A stretch of 61,384 bases of DNA, the filler included, from Nanobdellota archaeon (GTDB lineage: Archaea; Nanobdellota; Nanobdellia; Woesearchaeales; CAZZGN01): assembly GCA_051819665.1 (NCBI GenBank). It is 4 parts of 4 records of this genome, joined end to end, with 100 filler letters (N's around TTAATTAATTAA, not from the genome) between each part and the next. Parts side by side here need not be neighbours in the genome. Positions count along the whole stretch, not along the records: positions 47,070 to 61,384 come from JBNJDG010000026.1; 3 more parts are not named here. One strand, 5' to 3'. A program made the position numbers and the translations under genes. Positions 58,554 to 61,384 of the stretch are shown one piece after another. The notes under the pieces were generated by a model. That model saw only the letters and a program-made list of their open reading frames with translations, was not told where the DNA came from and searched no databases. How positions within the stretch are numbered: the stretch's first letter is position 1; every line of letters begins with the position of its first letter.

Positions 58554-61144
58554 GAAAAGCAATCACGATTCTGGTTACAATGCTAATGATGGTCTCTTTC
58601 GCATCGGCTGCCACGGTCTATGAAGACGGCACTCTATGGGCTGACCATCCGGATAATTGTCCTCAGAGTTATAATGGTGTGACCTGTAAGGCTGAGAGTG
58701 ATACGGCCAGAGTTTGTGGTCTTGATGATGATGGAGCTCCTTTATGTTATGACTGGGGCTCTCCTTCGGCTCCGTCAAGTTCAGTCTATTATGCTAAGGT
58801 AAGCGGTCTTGATTCAGGCTATGTGGTTGATTGTCTCTCGAATGATGGTAATGAGCCCGCTTGTGACACCAGGGGAAACTTCAGGTGTAATGTTGATGGT
58901 TCCAGTTGCGGTTCGCAGAACAGGAGGGCACAATGTGACTCCTGGTCGAAAGTTGGCGACAGTTTGAGTTGCGGTGACTGTCTCCCTGGTTATCATGATT
59001 GTGATGGTGACGCAGGTGTTTGTGAGATAGAAGACGGTTCCCCGGGACCTTATGAGAATACTGTATATGATGGTTGTGACGGTAATCTTTTGCCTGCAAA
59101 AGGAGATGTTGTCTGTGAATCTGGTTATTCAGACAGTGATGGAGATCTGACGAATGGCTGTGAGATAAGGAATGGAGAATCCTGTACTACAAACTCGAAC
59201 CATGATCTCGGGCAGGATCTCAGCGGTATTTGTACAGGAACAGACCCGGGAAGCAATACAGGTACTAACCAGGAAGGTAATGGCTGTATCTGTGGTGTGG
59301 ATTGTGTGGAATATCCTGATGGCTCTATACAATGTACTGCTGCGAGCAGTGGATGGAGAAAGGACGGAGATGTCGTTTACTCTAATAATAACATAGGTGT
59401 GAACACTGACGTGCCCGATACAGAAATGGACGTTGAAGGTAATGTTGGTGCAATGCAGTATTGTGATGAGAATGGTGCTAATTGTACGGATATAGGTGAT
59501 GTGATGTCCTCTTCGACTGATGACTGGGTCAACGAAGGGAATGATGAGCTTGGGAATCAACTTGAATGGGACAGCACTAATAATGAGGTAGATGTCATTG
59601 AGGGCTCTGGCTCAGGGCTTGATGCAGACCTTTTGGACGGACAACATTGGTCAGATATACAGGATTGGGTAAATACAAATGATGGAGATTATTGTTCTGA
59701 AGGCATCTGTGATGGAAACCTTCGTGTCAAAGGGGATTTTGTGACTGAAGGCAATTCTTACCTTGCTAAGGCTGCCAAGATAGACGGCGATATGCTCCCG
59801 AATAAGACGGATCTGTTCAGTGTGGGCAGCAGTTCTCTCAAATGGCGTAATGGGTATTTCTCTAATGAGCTGTATGTAGACGGGAATGTAGGCATCGGGA
59901 CGACGAATCCTGCTACTAAACTGGATGTTGCAGGTAAAGTGAGTGTAGATGGGGTGAAGTTATCGGAGTCCGGTTATTCTCAACCGGATGGTACTATTGA
60001 ATTAGCATATTCGGATTCAGAGAAAAATTTGTCCTATCTAGATGGATCAGGAAATGTTCATACCACAGATGTGAAGGTAGGGGAGATTGGCAGCACAGGA
60101 GATTTTAATGGTGATGGTTTAGATGAGATTGCTTACAGTGATAAGGATGATAATCTTAAGTATATGACTCCTTCTGGTCACATAGTTGACACGGGTGAGA
60201 AAGCGTTGCAAGTAGGGGGCATGGGCGATGTTGATAGAGATGGATATAATGAGATATTTTACCGAGATACGGATGACAATTTGAAGTATATAAATATGAA
60301 GGGAGAGGTAGTTGATACTGGAGAGAATCCTGTGGCTTCAGTTGGCGGCACAGGGGATATAGATGGCGATGGTTCTCCTGAAGTGGTTTATGCTACCTCG
60401 TCCTCTGATCCACCATCATTACAATATATTGGATATAACTCTGCTCTTAATGAAATGAGAGTAGAGGGGTACCTGAATGCAGAGACCTATGTTCTTGGCG
60501 ACATAGGAGATTTTGATGGAGATGGTGATATAGATATACCTTATATTTTACCAAGTGATGGTAGTCTGAGGTATGCCGATGATTCAGGCAATGATGTTGA
60601 TACAGGAGTAGATGCACATCAAACTACAGGCAATGCAATGGCTGATTTTAATAGCGATGGAAATTTAGAGATTGCCTATAATAGCAAAAATGATGGTACT
60701 ATAAAATACATTGGTTCCTCGGGTAATGTAGAGGATACAGGTGTAGGTGCTTACAAGATTATCGGGGCGGGAGATTTTATTGGTAATACAGACAAGAAAC
60801 TGAAAATCTCTGATAGATTGGATATGGAAGATAATAAATTGGTTAATCTGGAGGAACCGAGTAATCCCCAGGATGCAGCTACGAAGTCTTATGTTGATAA
60901 CAGAGGGGTTGACGGTTCGGGAACGGCTGGCTATATACCTATGTTTAAAGGGGATTATGGTGCAGACTCCAATAAACTGACAAATTCAAATATTTATTAT
61001 GATGGTTTGAAGCAGGTGGGTATAGGGAAACAGCCAGATGTACATGGTTCTACATTACAGGTGAACGGAAGTATAGGTGCAGACTCGGTCTCATCTGATT
61101 CATACACCTCAAACAGCGGGAACGTAGTGATAAAACTTCCCTGA
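58550..61144 (+). CDS. Secreted Cys-rich fibre/adhesin-like protein with GNVGIGT motif and FG-GAP-like repeats
   Basis: Signal peptide, Cys-rich N-terminal part (CDGD...CE, D.DGDLTNGCE), DADLLDG, GNVGIGTTNP, five (G/A)D(F/V/I)(N/D)xDGxx(E/D) repeats, P...QDAATKSYVD neck. Confidence 0.8.
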   Translation: MRKAITILVTMLMMVSFASAATVYEDGTLWADHPDNCPQSYNGVTCKAESDTARVCGLDDDGAPLCYDWGSPSAPSSSVYYAKVSGLDSGYVVDCLSNDGNEPACDTRGNFRCNVDGSSCGSQNRRAQCDSWSKVGDSLSCGDCLPGYHDCDGDAGVCEIEDGSPGPYENTVYDGCDGNLLPAKGDVVCESGYSDSDGDLTNGCEIRNGESCTTNSNHDLGQDLSGICTGTDPGSNTGTNQEGNGCICGVDCVEYPDGSIQCTAASSGWRKDGDVVYSNNNIGVNTDVPDTEMDVEGNVGAMQYCDENGANCTDIGDVMSSSTDDWVNEGNDELGNQLEWDSTNNEVDVIEGSGSGLDADLLDGQHWSDIQDWVNTNDGDYCSEGICDGNLRVKGDFVTEGNSYLAKAAKIDGDMLPNKTDLFSVGSSSLKWRNGYFSNELYVDGNVGIGTTNPATKLDVAGKVSVDGVKLSESGYSQPDGTIELAYSDSEKNLSYLDGSGNVHTTDVKVGEIGSTGDFNGDGLDEIAYSDKDDNLKYMTPSGHIVDTGEKALQVGGMGDVDRDGYNEIFYRDTDDNLKYINMKGEVVDTGENPVASVGGTGDIDGDGSPEVVYATSSSDPPSLQYIGYNSALNEMRVEGYLNAETYVLGDIGDFDGDGDIDIPYILPSDGSLRYADDSGNDVDTGVDAHQTTGNAMADFNSDGNLEIAYNSKNDGTIKYIGSSGNVEDTGVGAYKIIGAGDFIGNTDKKLKISDRLDMEDNKLVNLEEPSNPQDAATKSYVDNRGVDGSGTAGYIPMFKGDYGADSNKLTNSNIYYDGLKQVGIGKQPDVHGSTLQVNGSIGADSVSSDSYTSNSGNVVIKLP

Positions 61145-61150
61145 TTAAAA

Positions 61151-61384
61151 ATGAGAAAGTTTGTCTTTTTGCTTGGAATAGTATTCTTGTTCTCTCTTAT
61201 TCCGGTGACAGGTCAGGACCTGTTATGTAAATCAGACAGTGATTGTCCTGATGGTTATACTTGTGCTAATGGGGATTGTGTGAAGGAACCTTTATCTAAA
61301 TTTATCATAAAAGATAGTTCAGGGAGCAAGATTTCTCATATAACCTCTGAAGGTGATATGTGGATCTCCGGCAATTCGTTAGAA
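61151..61384 (+). CDS. Secreted Cys-rich protein (3' partial)
   Basis: MRKFVFLLGIVFLFSLIPVTG signal, then CKSDSDCPDGYTCANGDC; open to the window end. Confidence 0.7.
   Translation, partial: MRKFVFLLGIVFLFSLIPVTGQDLLCKSDSDCPDGYTCANGDCVKEPLSKFIIKDSSGSKISHITSEGDMWISGNSLE

Overview
Archaeal DNA, most consistent with a DPANN archaeon (Woesearchaeota-like; inferred from gene content and protein style, not from a database search). Acidic surface proteins and a BCCT transporter hint at a saline habitat. The window is four contigs joined by three artificial 100-bp N/TTAATTAATTAA linkers (15932-16031, 31839-31938, 46970-47069), so gene order across them means nothing. Core genes: ftsZ, hisS, map, bud32, ftsY, pfdA, eIF6, scpA, smc, partial argS, the rpoH-B''-B'-A'-A''-rpl30e-nusA-rps12-rps7 operon, and three intron-containing tRNAs (Tyr, Asp, Lys). 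Accessory genes: a bacterial-type hsp20-groES-groEL operon, a HEPN/MNT pair with a tandem palindromic operator, a giant papain-like surface protease, a Hint-domain C-terminus, an ExeA-like ATPase pair and a minimal ferredoxin-thioredoxin-reductase-like protein. The best candidate for an undescribed system is a set of modular fibre/adhesin genes (11524-15445 and 58550-61144). In these, AT-rich variable modules are joined at a 29-bp GNVGIGTTxP-coding motif that is conserved at the DNA level, with one exact 29-bp match between two genes and an apparently internally deleted paralog in the cluster; this suggests module shuffling by recombination. Also notable: a kink-turn inside the tRNA-Tyr intron, two D-loop tRNA introns, and loss of zinc ligands in both RNA polymerase clamp zinc sites.
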